NCBI GenBank assembly: GCA_000438355.1
Contig: FR901477.1
Location: 144 to 43,339, forward strand
Source: Clostridium sp. CAG:273
GTDB lineage: Bacteria; Bacillota; Clostridia; TANB77; CAG-508
Direction: 5' to 3'
DNA length: 43,196 nt
The position numbers and the translations under genes are program-made. The notes beneath the pieces are model-generated. The model saw only the letters and a list, made by a program, of their open reading frames with translations, did no database searches and had not been told where the DNA came from. Positions 16,315-26,257 of the stretch are shown here, piece by piece (positions within the stretch are counted from its first letter, which is position 1; each line of letters starts with the position of its first letter).

Positions 16315-17358
16315 ATGAAAAATGTTGGAATTGTAACTCTTTTTGGAGAATATAACTTTGGAAACAGATTGCAAAATTATGCGGTGCAACAAGTGCTGAA
16401 AAAAAACGGATTTAACACAGAGACAATAAAATATATAGGACTAGAAGATGACGTTCCCATTATTCATAATGAAAGAGATGAAAATAGATTAAATAAATTT
16501 AAAGATTTTAATAAATATATAAAATTTTCAGATGATATTATGTATAAAGAATATGATGCTCCACAGAAAATTAAAGAATGTTATGACTATATAGTATTAG
16601 GAAGCGATCAAATTTGGAATTTTACATTTGACAAAATCTTTTCAGATAAAGCATTAGGAGCTTTTGTTCCTAGTGAAAAAAGAGTTTCTTTTTCTGCTAG
16701 TTTTGGAGTGAATTATATACCTAAAGAGGGTAGCGAAGAGTATAGAATTTGTAAGGAAAATTTGAAAGATATGAAGGCCATATCTGTACGCGAATTTGCT
16801 GGAAAGGATATAGTTAAGAATCTAACTGGCAGAGATGATATAGAAGTACTAATAGACCCTACAATGATGCTTGAAAGTACTGAATGGGAAAGCGTAATGA
16901 AAAAGCCAGAAAAATTAAAAACAGATAGATTTATATTAAAAACTTTTTTAGGGAATGTTTCAAATAATGCTTGGGATGAAATGAATAGAATTGCAAAAGA
17001 AAATGACTGTGAAATTATAGATATTTCAGATAAAAATAGTCCTTATTATGATATGGGACCAGCAGAATTTTTATATTTAGAAAAAAATGCTTTTTTAGTA
17101 GCTACAGATTCTTTCCATTCATGTGTATTTGCAATACTTTTTTCAACACCATTTGTTATATTTAAAAGAGAAGATAATCAACTAGAAAGTATGTATTCAA
17201 GGATTGAAACATTATTAGAAAAATTTGAAATAGAAAATAGAATGTTTAGTGGAAAAATAACACCAGATATATTAAGCAATGATTATAAGAGAGCTCACGA
17301 AATATTAAATGGTGAAAGGAAGAATGCATATAAATTTATAACAAGAGCATTTGAATAA
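16315..17358 (+). CDS. polysaccharide pyruvyl transferase family protein (WcaK/PssM-like)
   Basis: The N-terminus VGIVTLFGEYNFGNRLQNYAVQQVLKKNGF and the central ...VLGSDQIWN... are typical of PS_pyruv_trans proteins. AAAGGAG SD. Confidence 0.75.
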   Translation: MKNVGIVTLFGEYNFGNRLQNYAVQQVLKKNGFNTETIKYIGLEDDVPIIHNERDENRLNKFKDFNKYIKFSDDIMYKEYDAPQKIKECYDYIVLGSDQIWNFTFDKIFSDKALGAFVPSEKRVSFSASFGVNYIPKEGSEEYRICKENLKDMKAISVREFAGKDIVKNLTGRDDIEVLIDPTMMLESTEWESVMKKPEKLKTDRFILKTFLGNVSNNAWDEMNRIAKENDCEIIDISDKNSPYYDMGPAEFLYLEKNAFLVATDSFHSCVFAILFSTPFVIFKREDNQLESMYSRIETLLEKFEIENRMFSGKITPDILSNDYKRAHEILNGERKNAYKFITRAFE

Positions 17359-17370
17359 AGAGGTGTTAAT

Positions 17371-18474
17371 ATGAAAAAAATAGATACACTAGAAAAAAAG
17401 GATTGTTCAGGATGCATGGCATGTATGAATATATGTCCCAAAAACGCAATTGTGATGAAAGAAGACAAAAATGGTTTTAAATATCCTAAAATAGATGAAA
17501 AATTATGCATAGATTGTGGTTTATGCTCTAAAGCATGCCCAGTAATAAATAAACTAAAGGAAAATTTATATAATATTAAAGTTTATGCATGTAAGAATAA
17601 AGATGAAAATATAAGAAAAAAAAGTTCATCTGGAGGGTTATTTACTTTATTTGCTAAATACATTTTAGATCAAGAAGGGGTTGTATTTGGAGCAAAATAT
17701 GATGAAAATCTTAGAGTAATTCATGATTATATAGAAAAAGATGATAATATAAATGAATTTAGAGGATCTAAATATGTTCAAAGTGATATAAATAGTACAT
17801 ATGCTAAAGCAAAGAAATTTCTTTCTAATGGAAGAAAGGTACTTTTTACTGGCACACCTTGTCAAATAGAAGGATTAATTACATATTTAGGAAAGAATTA
17901 TAGTAATTTATATACACAAGATTTCATTTGTCATGGAGTACCATCTCCAAAAGTTTGGAAAAAATATTTAGATTATAAGAAAGAAAAATGTGGAGAAGAT
18001 CCTATAAAAGTAAATTTTAGAGACAAAGAAGTTTTAGGATGGAGCAATTTTCAAGTTAAATATAAATATAAAAGTAAAGATGAGATTGTTCACCATGATG
18101 ATGATTATTATATGAATTTCTTTTTAAGAAATTATGATTTGAGAGAATCTTGCTATAATTGTCATTTTAAGAAAATTCGCAGAAATTCTGATTTAACAAT
18201 AGCAGATTTTTGGGGAATAAATGAAATTTTACCAGAATTTAACGATGAAAAGGGAATATCTTCATTAATTATAAATTCAAATAAAGGGCAAGAAATTTTC
18301 GATAATATAAAATCTAGGATAGACTTTGTAGAAGTGAGTATAGAAGATATAATAAAACATAATTCACCATTATATGTTTCAGTGCCATATAATGAAAAAA
18401 GGGAAAAGTTTTTTGATTATTTGGATAATTATAATTTTGAAGATATAATAAACGAATTTTTAGAAAACAAATAG
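17371..18474 (+). CDS. FrhB/FdhB-like (coenzyme F420 hydrogenase beta-subunit family) 2x[4Fe-4S] protein
   Basis: Two ferredoxin motifs, CSGCMACMNICP and CIDCGLCSKACP, followed by an FrhB-like body (SSSGG...FTGTPCQIEGL...FICHGVPS). This family is commonly paired with pyruvyl transferases. Confidence 0.75.
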   Translation: MKKIDTLEKKDCSGCMACMNICPKNAIVMKEDKNGFKYPKIDEKLCIDCGLCSKACPVINKLKENLYNIKVYACKNKDENIRKKSSSGGLFTLFAKYILDQEGVVFGAKYDENLRVIHDYIEKDDNINEFRGSKYVQSDINSTYAKAKKFLSNGRKVLFTGTPCQIEGLITYLGKNYSNLYTQDFICHGVPSPKVWKKYLDYKKEKCGEDPIKVNFRDKEVLGWSNFQVKYKYKSKDEIVHHDDDYYMNFFLRNYDLRESCYNCHFKKIRRNSDLTIADFWGINEILPEFNDEKGISSLIINSNKGQEIFDNIKSRIDFVEVSIEDIIKHNSPLYVSVPYNEKREKFFDYLDNYNFEDIINEFLENK

Positions 18475-18490
18475 GAAAGAAGGTATAAAG

Positions 18491-19360
18491 GTGAAAATTA
18501 GCCATAAAAAACAAAAATATATAGGAAATGTATTAAAAATTTTACAAGGTTTTAAAATTAAATTACCAGAAGAAACAATAGATAAAATAATAAATGATAA
18601 TTGCTCAATAACAAGATTTGGCGATGGAGAATTTGATATGATTTTAGGTAAAGGAATGAAATATCAAACATATAATGAGCAATTAGGAAGAAGGTTGGAG
18701 CAAGTTCTAAAAAGTAATGAGGAAAAGCTACTTATAGGAATAAATAATGTAATTGACTTAAAATATTCAGAAAATTACAATGATTTTGCTAATAACTTTT
18801 GGAAAGGATGGCTACGCAGTAATAAATTTAAGCTATTAAAGTTATTATCTAAAAATAAACAATATTATTCGTCAAACATTACTAGATTTTATATAGATTA
18901 TAAAGATAAAACTAATGTAAAAAAATATGTGGAAAAGCTAAGAGGTATATGGGACAAAAAGGATATTTTAATAGTTGAAGGAGAATATAGTAGATTAGGA
19001 GTAGGAAATGATTTATTTGACAATGCAAATTCTATAGAAAGAATTATATGTCCTTCAGAAAATGCTTATGATATATATGATAAAATACTTTCAGAAACTA
19101 AGAAATATGGAGAAAATAAGTTAATCCTTTTAGCTGTAGGGCCTACTGCAACCATATTGGCTTATGATTTATATGAAGCAGGTTTTAGGGTTATTGACAT
19201 TGGACATGTTGATATAGAATATGAATGGTTTCTAAGAAAGGCAACTGAAAAAATAAAAATAGAAACAAAATATGTTACAGAAGTAAAAGACGGAGAAAAT
19301 AACATACAAGATATCAGTGATGAAAAGTATGAGAAAGAGATTGTTTCTAAAATTCTATAA
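18491..19360 (+). CDS. GT-D fold glycosyltransferase (DUF1792 / SP_1767 family)
   Basis: GTG start after GAAAGAAGG. Signature ITRFGDGEFDMILG near the N-terminus. About 290 aa, typical of DUF1792. Confidence 0.7.
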   Translation: MKISHKKQKYIGNVLKILQGFKIKLPEETIDKIINDNCSITRFGDGEFDMILGKGMKYQTYNEQLGRRLEQVLKSNEEKLLIGINNVIDLKYSENYNDFANNFWKGWLRSNKFKLLKLLSKNKQYYSSNITRFYIDYKDKTNVKKYVEKLRGIWDKKDILIVEGEYSRLGVGNDLFDNANSIERIICPSENAYDIYDKILSETKKYGENKLILLAVGPTATILAYDLYEAGFRVIDIGHVDIEYEWFLRKATEKIKIETKYVTEVKDGENNIQDISDEKYEKEIVSKIL

Positions 19361-19444
19361 TATAAAATTTACAAAAATATAAATATATGTTATAATTTCA
19401 AACAGTTTTAAACTATAATAACATTTGACAAAAAGAGGTTAAAA

Positions 19445-20002
19445 ATGTATTTAATAGTAGGTCTCGGAAACCCAGGAAAAGAGTATGAAAATACAAGGCA
19501 TAATATGGGGTTTAAAGTATTAAATAAATTATCAAAAAAATATAATATACCTATTACCAAGAGTAAATTTAATGGAAAATACGGTACAGGGATAATAGAA
19601 AATGAAAAAGTAATTTTATTAGAGCCACAAACATATATGAACCTTAGTGGAGAAGCTATAAGGCCAATGCTAGATTTTTATAAAGTGGATTATTCAAATT
19701 TACTTGTTATTTATGATGATATAGATGTAGAACCAGGCAAAGTAAAAATTAGAACAAAAGGTGGACCTGGTACGCATAATGGAATGAAGTCTGTTGTAAA
19801 AGAAATAGGAACAGAAGAATTTCCAAGAATAAGAGTTGGTATAGGACAGCCTATAATAAAACTTGCCATGATAGATTATGTTATAGGATATGTTCCAGAA
19901 GAAGAATTAACAATATTAGAAGAAGGTATAGAAAAAGCAGAAAAAGCTATAGAAGAAATTTTAAAACATGGAATAAATTATGCAATGAATAAGTTTAATT
20001 AA
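19445..20002 (+). CDS. pth: peptidyl-tRNA hydrolase
   Basis: LIVGLGNPGKEYENTRHNMGF, TYMNLSGEA and DDIDVEPGKVKIRTKGGPGTHNG. Confidence 0.95.
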   Translation: MYLIVGLGNPGKEYENTRHNMGFKVLNKLSKKYNIPITKSKFNGKYGTGIIENEKVILLEPQTYMNLSGEAIRPMLDFYKVDYSNLLVIYDDIDVEPGKVKIRTKGGPGTHNGMKSVVKEIGTEEFPRIRVGIGQPIIKLAMIDYVIGYVPEEELTILEEGIEKAEKAIEEILKHGINYAMNKFN

Positions 20003-20025
20003 GCTTATTATAAGAGAGGATTTGT

Positions 20026-21225
20026 ATGCAAGAATTAATTATAAACAGTGATGGAGTATATAAACAAATAGCACTCGTAGAAAATGGTAAGTTAGTAGAA
20101 AGATATGAAGAAAGACCAGATATGCATAGATTAGAAGGGAATATTTACCTTGGAAGAGTAGAAAATGTATTACAAGGAATGCAAGCTGCATTTGTAAATA
20201 TAGGTGAAGAAAAAAATACATTTATGCATATAAAAGATGTTATTCCTAAAGTTAGTAATGAAACTGGAAATAAAAATGAATTATTAAGTAAATATGACAT
20301 AAAAGATTATATAAGGGTAGGTATGCCAATTTTAGTACAAGTAAAAAAAGATAGTACAAATAAAAAAGGTGCAAGAGTATCTACTAATATTAGTTTACCT
20401 GGAAGATTTGTAGTGCTTTTACCAGATACTAATTTTATTACAATTTCTAAAAAAATAACTGACCTTAATAAAAGAAAAGAATTGCAAAAAATAGTTCAAG
20501 AAGAATTACCAAAAAATTATGGAGCAATTGTTAGAACATCTGCAGAAAATAAAGATATAGAATTTATAAAAAGAGATATAAAAAGTTTAGTTAAATTATG
20601 GGAATTAATACAAGAAAATTTTACAAATATTAAAAAAGAAAAAAATATAGAACCAACTTTAATATACGAAAATGAAGGAATTATAGGAAAGCTATTAACA
20701 GATTTAATAGATCAAAATTTAGAAAGAATAGTAACAAATGATATAGAAATACATGAAAAAATTTCAAATATATTAGAGCAGTCTGGAGCAAGTAATATTA
20801 AATTAGAATTAAGAAAACAAGCAAATATATTAGATTTGTATGACTTACAAAGTCAAATAGAAAAAGCAAGAAGTAGAAAAATATGGCTTAGATGTGGCGG
20901 ATTTATTACAATAGACAAAACAGAAGCTTTAACTGCAATAGATGTAAATTCTGGAAAATATATTGGTGGAAAGGATTTAGAACAAACAGTATATAGAGTA
21001 AATAAAGAAGCTACTATAGAAATTGCAAAACAGCTAAGATTAAGAGATATTGGTGGAATTATTATTATAGATTATATAGATATGGAAAAAGATGAAACAA
21101 AAAATAAAATACTAGAAGAGTTAAATGAATGTTTAAAAAAGGACAGGTCCAAGAATCAAATTATTGGATTTACTCCTTTAGATTTATTAGAAATGACAAG
21201 AAAACATATGTGTAGTAATGATTAA
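20026..21225 (+). CDS. rng: Rne/Rng-family ribonuclease (RNase G-like, short form)
   Basis: S1 domain GNIYLGRVENVLQGMQAAFVNIG. Catalytic region FITIDKTEALTAIDVNSGKY...IIIDYIDM. Confidence 0.85.
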   Translation: MQELIINSDGVYKQIALVENGKLVERYEERPDMHRLEGNIYLGRVENVLQGMQAAFVNIGEEKNTFMHIKDVIPKVSNETGNKNELLSKYDIKDYIRVGMPILVQVKKDSTNKKGARVSTNISLPGRFVVLLPDTNFITISKKITDLNKRKELQKIVQEELPKNYGAIVRTSAENKDIEFIKRDIKSLVKLWELIQENFTNIKKEKNIEPTLIYENEGIIGKLLTDLIDQNLERIVTNDIEIHEKISNILEQSGASNIKLELRKQANILDLYDLQSQIEKARSRKIWLRCGGFITIDKTEALTAIDVNSGKYIGGKDLEQTVYRVNKEATIEIAKQLRLRDIGGIIIIDYIDMEKDETKNKILEELNECLKKDRSKNQIIGFTPLDLLEMTRKHMCSND

Positions 21226-21267
21226 AAGCAAATTTAGACCGTATGGTCTACAATTTGCTTTTTTTTG
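21226..21267 (+). terminator. intrinsic terminator after rng
   Basis: AGCAAATT..AGACC-gtat-GGTCT..AATTTGCT composite stem followed by TTTTTTTT. Confidence 0.8.
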
Positions 21268-21414
21268 AAATAGGCTATAAAATGGATAAAGTAATTTTGA
21301 CATAAATTTGAATTTATAAATTATTTAAAGTTATATAAAAATAACCAAAAATAAATTATATATAATTTAAATCTTATATCAAAAAAATATAAATGAAAGG
21401 AACGAAGAAGTTCT

Positions 21415-23256
21415 ATGAAAAAGAATAAAAGAAAAATTTATGAAGGTGAAGTTTTAAAAGATTACAGAGAGCTAGTAGACAGATATAAAACTAGATATGC
21501 TAATAATATTGCATTTGAGTACAAAAAAGAAGTGCATGATAAAGAACATATAAAAATAACATATGCAGAATTTGCAAGAGACATAGAAGCATTAGGGTCT
21601 GGATTACTTACTTTAGATTTCATAAATAAAAGAGTTGCAATAATATCTCCAAATAGGTATGAATGGTGCACTAGTTATTTAGCTGTTGGAACAGCAGGAC
21701 TTACAGTAGTTCCATTAGATAAGTCATTACCAAATAATGAAATAGAAAGTCTAATTGTAAGAAGCAAAGTAGAAGCAGTTATATTTGATAAAAAGTATGC
21801 AGAAGTATTTAATAAGATAAAACAAGAAGAAACATCTAATTTGAAATATTATATTTGTATGGATAACTTAGAAGATTTTACAAAGTATGGAGATATTTTA
21901 AATAAAGGAAAAAAACTATTGGATTTATGCATAACAGAACAAAATGTTATTAATAAAAAAAATAATAATTTAGAAAATAGTAAAGAAAACAAAAATGAAG
22001 TAAAAGATAGCAAATTAAAAAGCAAATTAGATGGAGAACTTAATAATGTAAATAAATATTTAAATGTTAAATTAAATCCGAATGAAATTTCTATTATTTT
22101 ATTTACATCTGGAACGACATCAATAGCAAAGGCAGTAGCCTTATCTCAGTCTAATATTTGTGCAGATATTACAGCTTTAAGTCAAATTGCAAAAATATAT
22201 GAGACAGATAGATTTTTATCATTTTTGCCATTACACCATACTTTTGAGTCAACAACTACTTTTTTATATGGAACATCATGTGGAATTACAATAGTATTTT
22301 GTGATGGATTAAAATATATACAAAAAAATTTGAAGGAATTTAATATAACAGGTTTTGTTTGTGTTCCATTAATGTTAGAAATAATGTACAAAAAAATGAT
22401 GAAAACAATTGAAGAACAAGGAAAATCAAAGCTTGTTAATACTATGAGAAAAGTAACAAGAGGACTATTAAAAATAAAAATAGATGTAAGAAGAAAAGTA
22501 TTTAAACAAATTTTGGAGGCATTAGGACCAAATTTGAGGATGTTTATATCTGGTGGAGCTGCAATAAGCGTAGATGCGATAAAAGCTTTTAGAGATATAG
22601 GTATTAATCTTTTACAAGGATATGGACTAACAGAAACATCACCAGTTCTTGCAGGAGAAAATGATAAATATAAAAGAGATGGTTCAGTAGGCTTTGCTCT
22701 TCCAGGAATAGAAATAAAAATAGATAATCCAAATAATGAAGGAATAGGAGAAATAATTGCTAAAGGGCCAATAATAATGCATAAATATCTAGATAATGAA
22801 GAAGCAACAAAAGAAGTTTTAAAAGACGGATGGTTTTATACAGGAGACCTTGGTAAATTTGACAAAGACGGTTTTTTATTTGTAACTGGAAGAAAAAAGT
22901 ATGTTATTGTATTAAAAAATGGTAAAAATATATTTCCAGAAGAATTAGAAATATTAATAAATAAATTAGATTATGTGTCAGAATGTATGGTGTTTGGTAA
23001 ACCAGATAAAGAAGATGATTTAAAAATATGTGCTAAAATTGTGTATAATAAAGAAATAATGGAACAATTATATCCTAATAAAAATAAACAAGAATACCAT
23101 AATATAATTTGGCAAGATATTCGTAACAATATAAATAAACAAATGCCAGCATATAAATATATTAGAGAAATAATAGTGACAGATGAACCTCTTATAAAAA
23201 CTACAACTCAAAAAGTAAAACGTAATGCAGAAATGGAAAAAATTTTGAGCATTTAA
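21415..23256 (+). CDS. AMP-dependent synthetase/ligase (long-chain-fatty-acid--CoA ligase-like), paralog 1
   Basis: FTSGTTSIAKAV, GYGLTETSP, GWFYTGDLG and TGRKKYVIVLKNGKN. It carries an Asn/Lys-rich insert, absent from paralog 2, of about 37 aa. Confidence 0.88.
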   Translation: MKKNKRKIYEGEVLKDYRELVDRYKTRYANNIAFEYKKEVHDKEHIKITYAEFARDIEALGSGLLTLDFINKRVAIISPNRYEWCTSYLAVGTAGLTVVPLDKSLPNNEIESLIVRSKVEAVIFDKKYAEVFNKIKQEETSNLKYYICMDNLEDFTKYGDILNKGKKLLDLCITEQNVINKKNNNLENSKENKNEVKDSKLKSKLDGELNNVNKYLNVKLNPNEISIILFTSGTTSIAKAVALSQSNICADITALSQIAKIYETDRFLSFLPLHHTFESTTTFLYGTSCGITIVFCDGLKYIQKNLKEFNITGFVCVPLMLEIMYKKMMKTIEEQGKSKLVNTMRKVTRGLLKIKIDVRRKVFKQILEALGPNLRMFISGGAAISVDAIKAFRDIGINLLQGYGLTETSPVLAGENDKYKRDGSVGFALPGIEIKIDNPNNEGIGEIIAKGPIIMHKYLDNEEATKEVLKDGWFYTGDLGKFDKDGFLFVTGRKKYVIVLKNGKNIFPEELEILINKLDYVSECMVFGKPDKEDDLKICAKIVYNKEIMEQLYPNKNKQEYHNIIWQDIRNNINKQMPAYKYIREIIVTDEPLIKTTTQKVKRNAEMEKILSI

Positions 23257-23336
23257 ATAAAAACCTAAAAATACCATTTACTTATTTTTTGTAATATGTT
23301 AAATTATTAGTATAGTAATTATTTGGAGGAAAAGAA

Positions 23337-24599
23337 ATGCCAAAAGACAGAAGAAAAGATAAAAGGAAAATTACAAGAATTAAAGATTTACTAACAATGA
23401 GAAACTTTTTAATTATTGTAGCAATTTTAACAGCAATTATATGTATTTCAAGTGGAATTATGTTTTACAGAAATTATCAAGATAAGCAATTACTTGCTAA
23501 GCAAAAAGAGGAGTTAGATAAGCAAATAGAGTCCATTTTTACAGAGACATTAAATAATATTTCATCAACAAATGAAGAAGTAAATAAAATGGATAAGTTA
23601 GTAAGAATTTCTACTGTAGGAGATATATTATGTGGCGACGAAATGCTTATGGACGCTAAAAATAAGGACAATAGTTATGACTTTAATAGTATATTTAAAA
23701 ATATAAATCCATTTATAGAAAGAAGTGACCTAGTAATAGGTACAATGGAAACTAATTTTACAAATGCTCAATTTTCTGGATATAATAAATCAAATTCGCC
23801 AAGGGAATTTGCAATGGCAGTAAAGAAAGCAGGTATAAATGTAGTAAGTTTAGCACATAATCATGCTTTAGATTATGGAATAAATGGACTAAAAGACACA
23901 AAAAAGTATTTGCAAGAAATGAATTATGATGTTTTAGGAGATAGACTTGAAGAAAATAATATATTAATAAAAGATGTAAATGGCGTAAAAATTGCATTTT
24001 TAGCATATACATATGGAGTAAATGAAGAGCAGAGTAAAACAAGCAAAGAGCTAGAGACCGTAAACATTTTTAGTGAAGAGCAAGCAAAAAAAGACATAGA
24101 ATATGCAAAACAAAAATCAGATACAATTTGTGTGTTAATGCATTGGGGAGATATGTATTCAAACGAAGTAAGTGAAGGACAAAGAAAAATTGCCGATTTT
24201 TTAGTAGATAATGGAGTAACTTTAATAATAGGAACACATCCTGCAACTGTTCAGCCAATGGAAATAAGACAAAATAAAGAAGGAAAAAATGTCTTAGTAG
24301 CATATTCTTTAGGAAATTTTTGTTCATCAATTGTAGAAGATAATGCAAAAGTAGAATTAATTTTAAACATAGAACTTAGAAAAAGTGGAGAAACTGGTGA
24401 GGTTTTTTTAAGAAAAGTGGATTATACTCCTTTATATATGCTAGATAATGGTACAGCATCAGAAAATAGGTATGAAATAATAGATATGAAAAATGCTGCA
24501 TTCCAATATGCAAGTGGAAAAGGAACAATAACAAGAAATACGTATAACAAATTAATAAGTGGACTTGATTTATTAGAAAATGTATTAAAACAAGAATAA
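23337..24599 (+). CDS. capA: CapA/PGA_cap-family metallophosphoesterase-like protein (poly-gamma-glutamate capsule synthesis family), membrane anchored
   Basis: N-terminal TM segment. GDILCGD...; SLAHNHALDYG; LMHWG...; GTHPA. Confidence 0.75.
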   Translation: MPKDRRKDKRKITRIKDLLTMRNFLIIVAILTAIICISSGIMFYRNYQDKQLLAKQKEELDKQIESIFTETLNNISSTNEEVNKMDKLVRISTVGDILCGDEMLMDAKNKDNSYDFNSIFKNINPFIERSDLVIGTMETNFTNAQFSGYNKSNSPREFAMAVKKAGINVVSLAHNHALDYGINGLKDTKKYLQEMNYDVLGDRLEENNILIKDVNGVKIAFLAYTYGVNEEQSKTSKELETVNIFSEEQAKKDIEYAKQKSDTICVLMHWGDMYSNEVSEGQRKIADFLVDNGVTLIIGTHPATVQPMEIRQNKEGKNVLVAYSLGNFCSSIVEDNAKVELILNIELRKSGETGEVFLRKVDYTPLYMLDNGTASENRYEIIDMKNAAFQYASGKGTITRNTYNKLISGLDLLENVLKQE

Positions 24600-24699
24600 A
24601 GTACTTAAAATGTAAAGTAACCTAAGATAAAATATTTAAAGGTTACTTTATATTTATAATTAAATGATATAATAAATAGTATAAAAAAGAGGTGTAAAA

Positions 24700-26013
24700 A
24701 TGAAGGTAGGATTTGTTTCATTAGGGTGTAGTAAAAATTTAGTAGATACAGAAAAAACAATAGATATATTTAAAAAACACGGATATGACATAGTAAATAA
24801 TCCAAAAGAAGCGGAAATTATAGTTATAAATACTTGTGGTTTTATAGAAACTGCAAAAGAAGAGGCTATAAATACAATACTTGAAATGGCAGAGTATAAA
24901 AAAGAAAACTGTAAATATATAATTGCAATGGGGTGTTTAGTTCAAAGATATAGAGACGAATTAGAGAAGTCGCTACCAGAAGTGGATTTGTTTATTAAAT
25001 ATGATGAATATGATACAATTTGGAGTCAAATAGATAACTTAATAAATAAAGATATAATTCATGAAAAAGAAGAAGATATTCCTTTTAATAAATTACAAGA
25101 TAGAGTAATAACAACTGGAGATAATTTTGCATATGTAAAAATTGCAGATGGATGTAATAATTGCTGTACATTTTGTGCAATTCCATATATTCGTGGTAGG
25201 TTTGAAAGTAGACCAATGGAAGATATTATAGATGAAGTAAAGAAATTAGCTAAAAGTGGTTACAAAGAAATAATATTAATAGCTCAAGATACAACAAAAT
25301 ACGGAATAGACATATATGGTAAGCCAAAGCTTGCAGAATTATTAAAAAAATTATGCAAAATAGACGGAATAAAGTGGATTAGATTTCTGTATGCATATCC
25401 AGAGACAATTGATGATAAATTAATAAAAGTAGTAAAGAAAAACGAAAAAATATGTAAATATTTTGATATTCCAATTCAACATATATCAGATTCAGTATTA
25501 AAAAGAATGAATAGAAAAAGTAATTCAGAAAGTATAGAATTATTAATAAAAAAATTAAGAGAAAAAATACCAAATGTAATAATAAGAACAACAGTAATGG
25601 TAGGATTTCCTGGGGAAACACAAGAGGATTTTGAAAAACTATGCAATTTTGTAGAAAGCGCAAAATTTGACAAATTAGGAGCATTTGCATATTCAAAAGA
25701 AGAAGGAACACCAGCAGCAAAGTTAAAAGAACAAGTACATCCAATGACCAAAAAAGCTAGATATAATAAAATAATGGAAATACAGCAAAAAGTATCAGAA
25801 GAGAATTTAAATAAATATATAGGAAAACAACTTGAAGTGTTAGTAGAAGGGAAAACCATAGACGGAAAATATTATGTATGTAGAAGTTATATGGATGTAC
25901 CAGATATAGATGGATTAATATACTTGAACAATTCAAAAGAATTGAAAATTGGCGATTTTGTTAAATGTACAATAAAATCTTCAATAAATGAATACGACTT
26001 ACTTGGTGAGTAA
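24700..26013 (+). CDS. rimO: ribosomal protein S12 methylthiotransferase RimO
   Basis: MKVGFVSLGCSKNLVDTE start. Radical-SAM CNNCCTFCAIP. C-terminal TRAM domain. 437 aa. Confidence 0.9.
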   Translation: MKVGFVSLGCSKNLVDTEKTIDIFKKHGYDIVNNPKEAEIIVINTCGFIETAKEEAINTILEMAEYKKENCKYIIAMGCLVQRYRDELEKSLPEVDLFIKYDEYDTIWSQIDNLINKDIIHEKEEDIPFNKLQDRVITTGDNFAYVKIADGCNNCCTFCAIPYIRGRFESRPMEDIIDEVKKLAKSGYKEIILIAQDTTKYGIDIYGKPKLAELLKKLCKIDGIKWIRFLYAYPETIDDKLIKVVKKNEKICKYFDIPIQHISDSVLKRMNRKSNSESIELLIKKLREKIPNVIIRTTVMVGFPGETQEDFEKLCNFVESAKFDKLGAFAYSKEEGTPAAKLKEQVHPMTKKARYNKIMEIQQKVSEENLNKYIGKQLEVLVEGKTIDGKYYVCRSYMDVPDIDGLIYLNNSKELKIGDFVKCTIKSSINEYDLLGE

Positions 26014-26051
26014 AAAACTGAAAATTTTAATAGAACTGTAATTTAATAAAA

Positions 26052-26097
26052 AACCTTTTTATGATATTTTTATTTTATCATAAGAAGGTTTTTTTTT
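26052..26097 (+). terminator. intrinsic terminator after rimO
   Basis: 15-bp stem AACCTTTTTATGATA / TATCATAAGAAGGTT (one G-U pair) followed by T9. Confidence 0.8.
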
Positions 26098-26224
26098 AAC
26101 TTTACACAAATTTTTCGATGTGCTCTAAAAAGGTTTTTTGAAGCTTCACACAAATATTCGATATACTATTATAAGAAGTTTTTTACTTCACACAAATTAT
26201 TGTGTATACTCCAGTTTTTTTAAC
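26085..26224. repeat. about 3.5 imperfect tandem repeats, period about 42-46 bp, in the convergent rimO/rbr spacer
   Basis: The cores are TTTACACAAATTTTTCGATGTGCT (26101), TTCACACAAATATTCGATATACT (26145) and TTCACACAAATTATTGTGTATACT (26187). Each is preceded by AAGGTTTTTT-like tracts at 26085, 26130 and 26176. A partial fourth copy lies at 26215-26224. Confidence 0.7.
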
Positions 26225-26257
26225 TAAAAATAGCAAATTTGTTATAAATGTTTATAA

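Noticed and set aside
26085-26224. Tandem repeats considered as a degenerate CRISPR array
   Set aside because: There are only about 3 imperfect copies. The unique segments between cores are about 18-20 nt and partly repeated themselves. There are no cas genes and no leader. It is reported instead as an unexplained tandem repeat.
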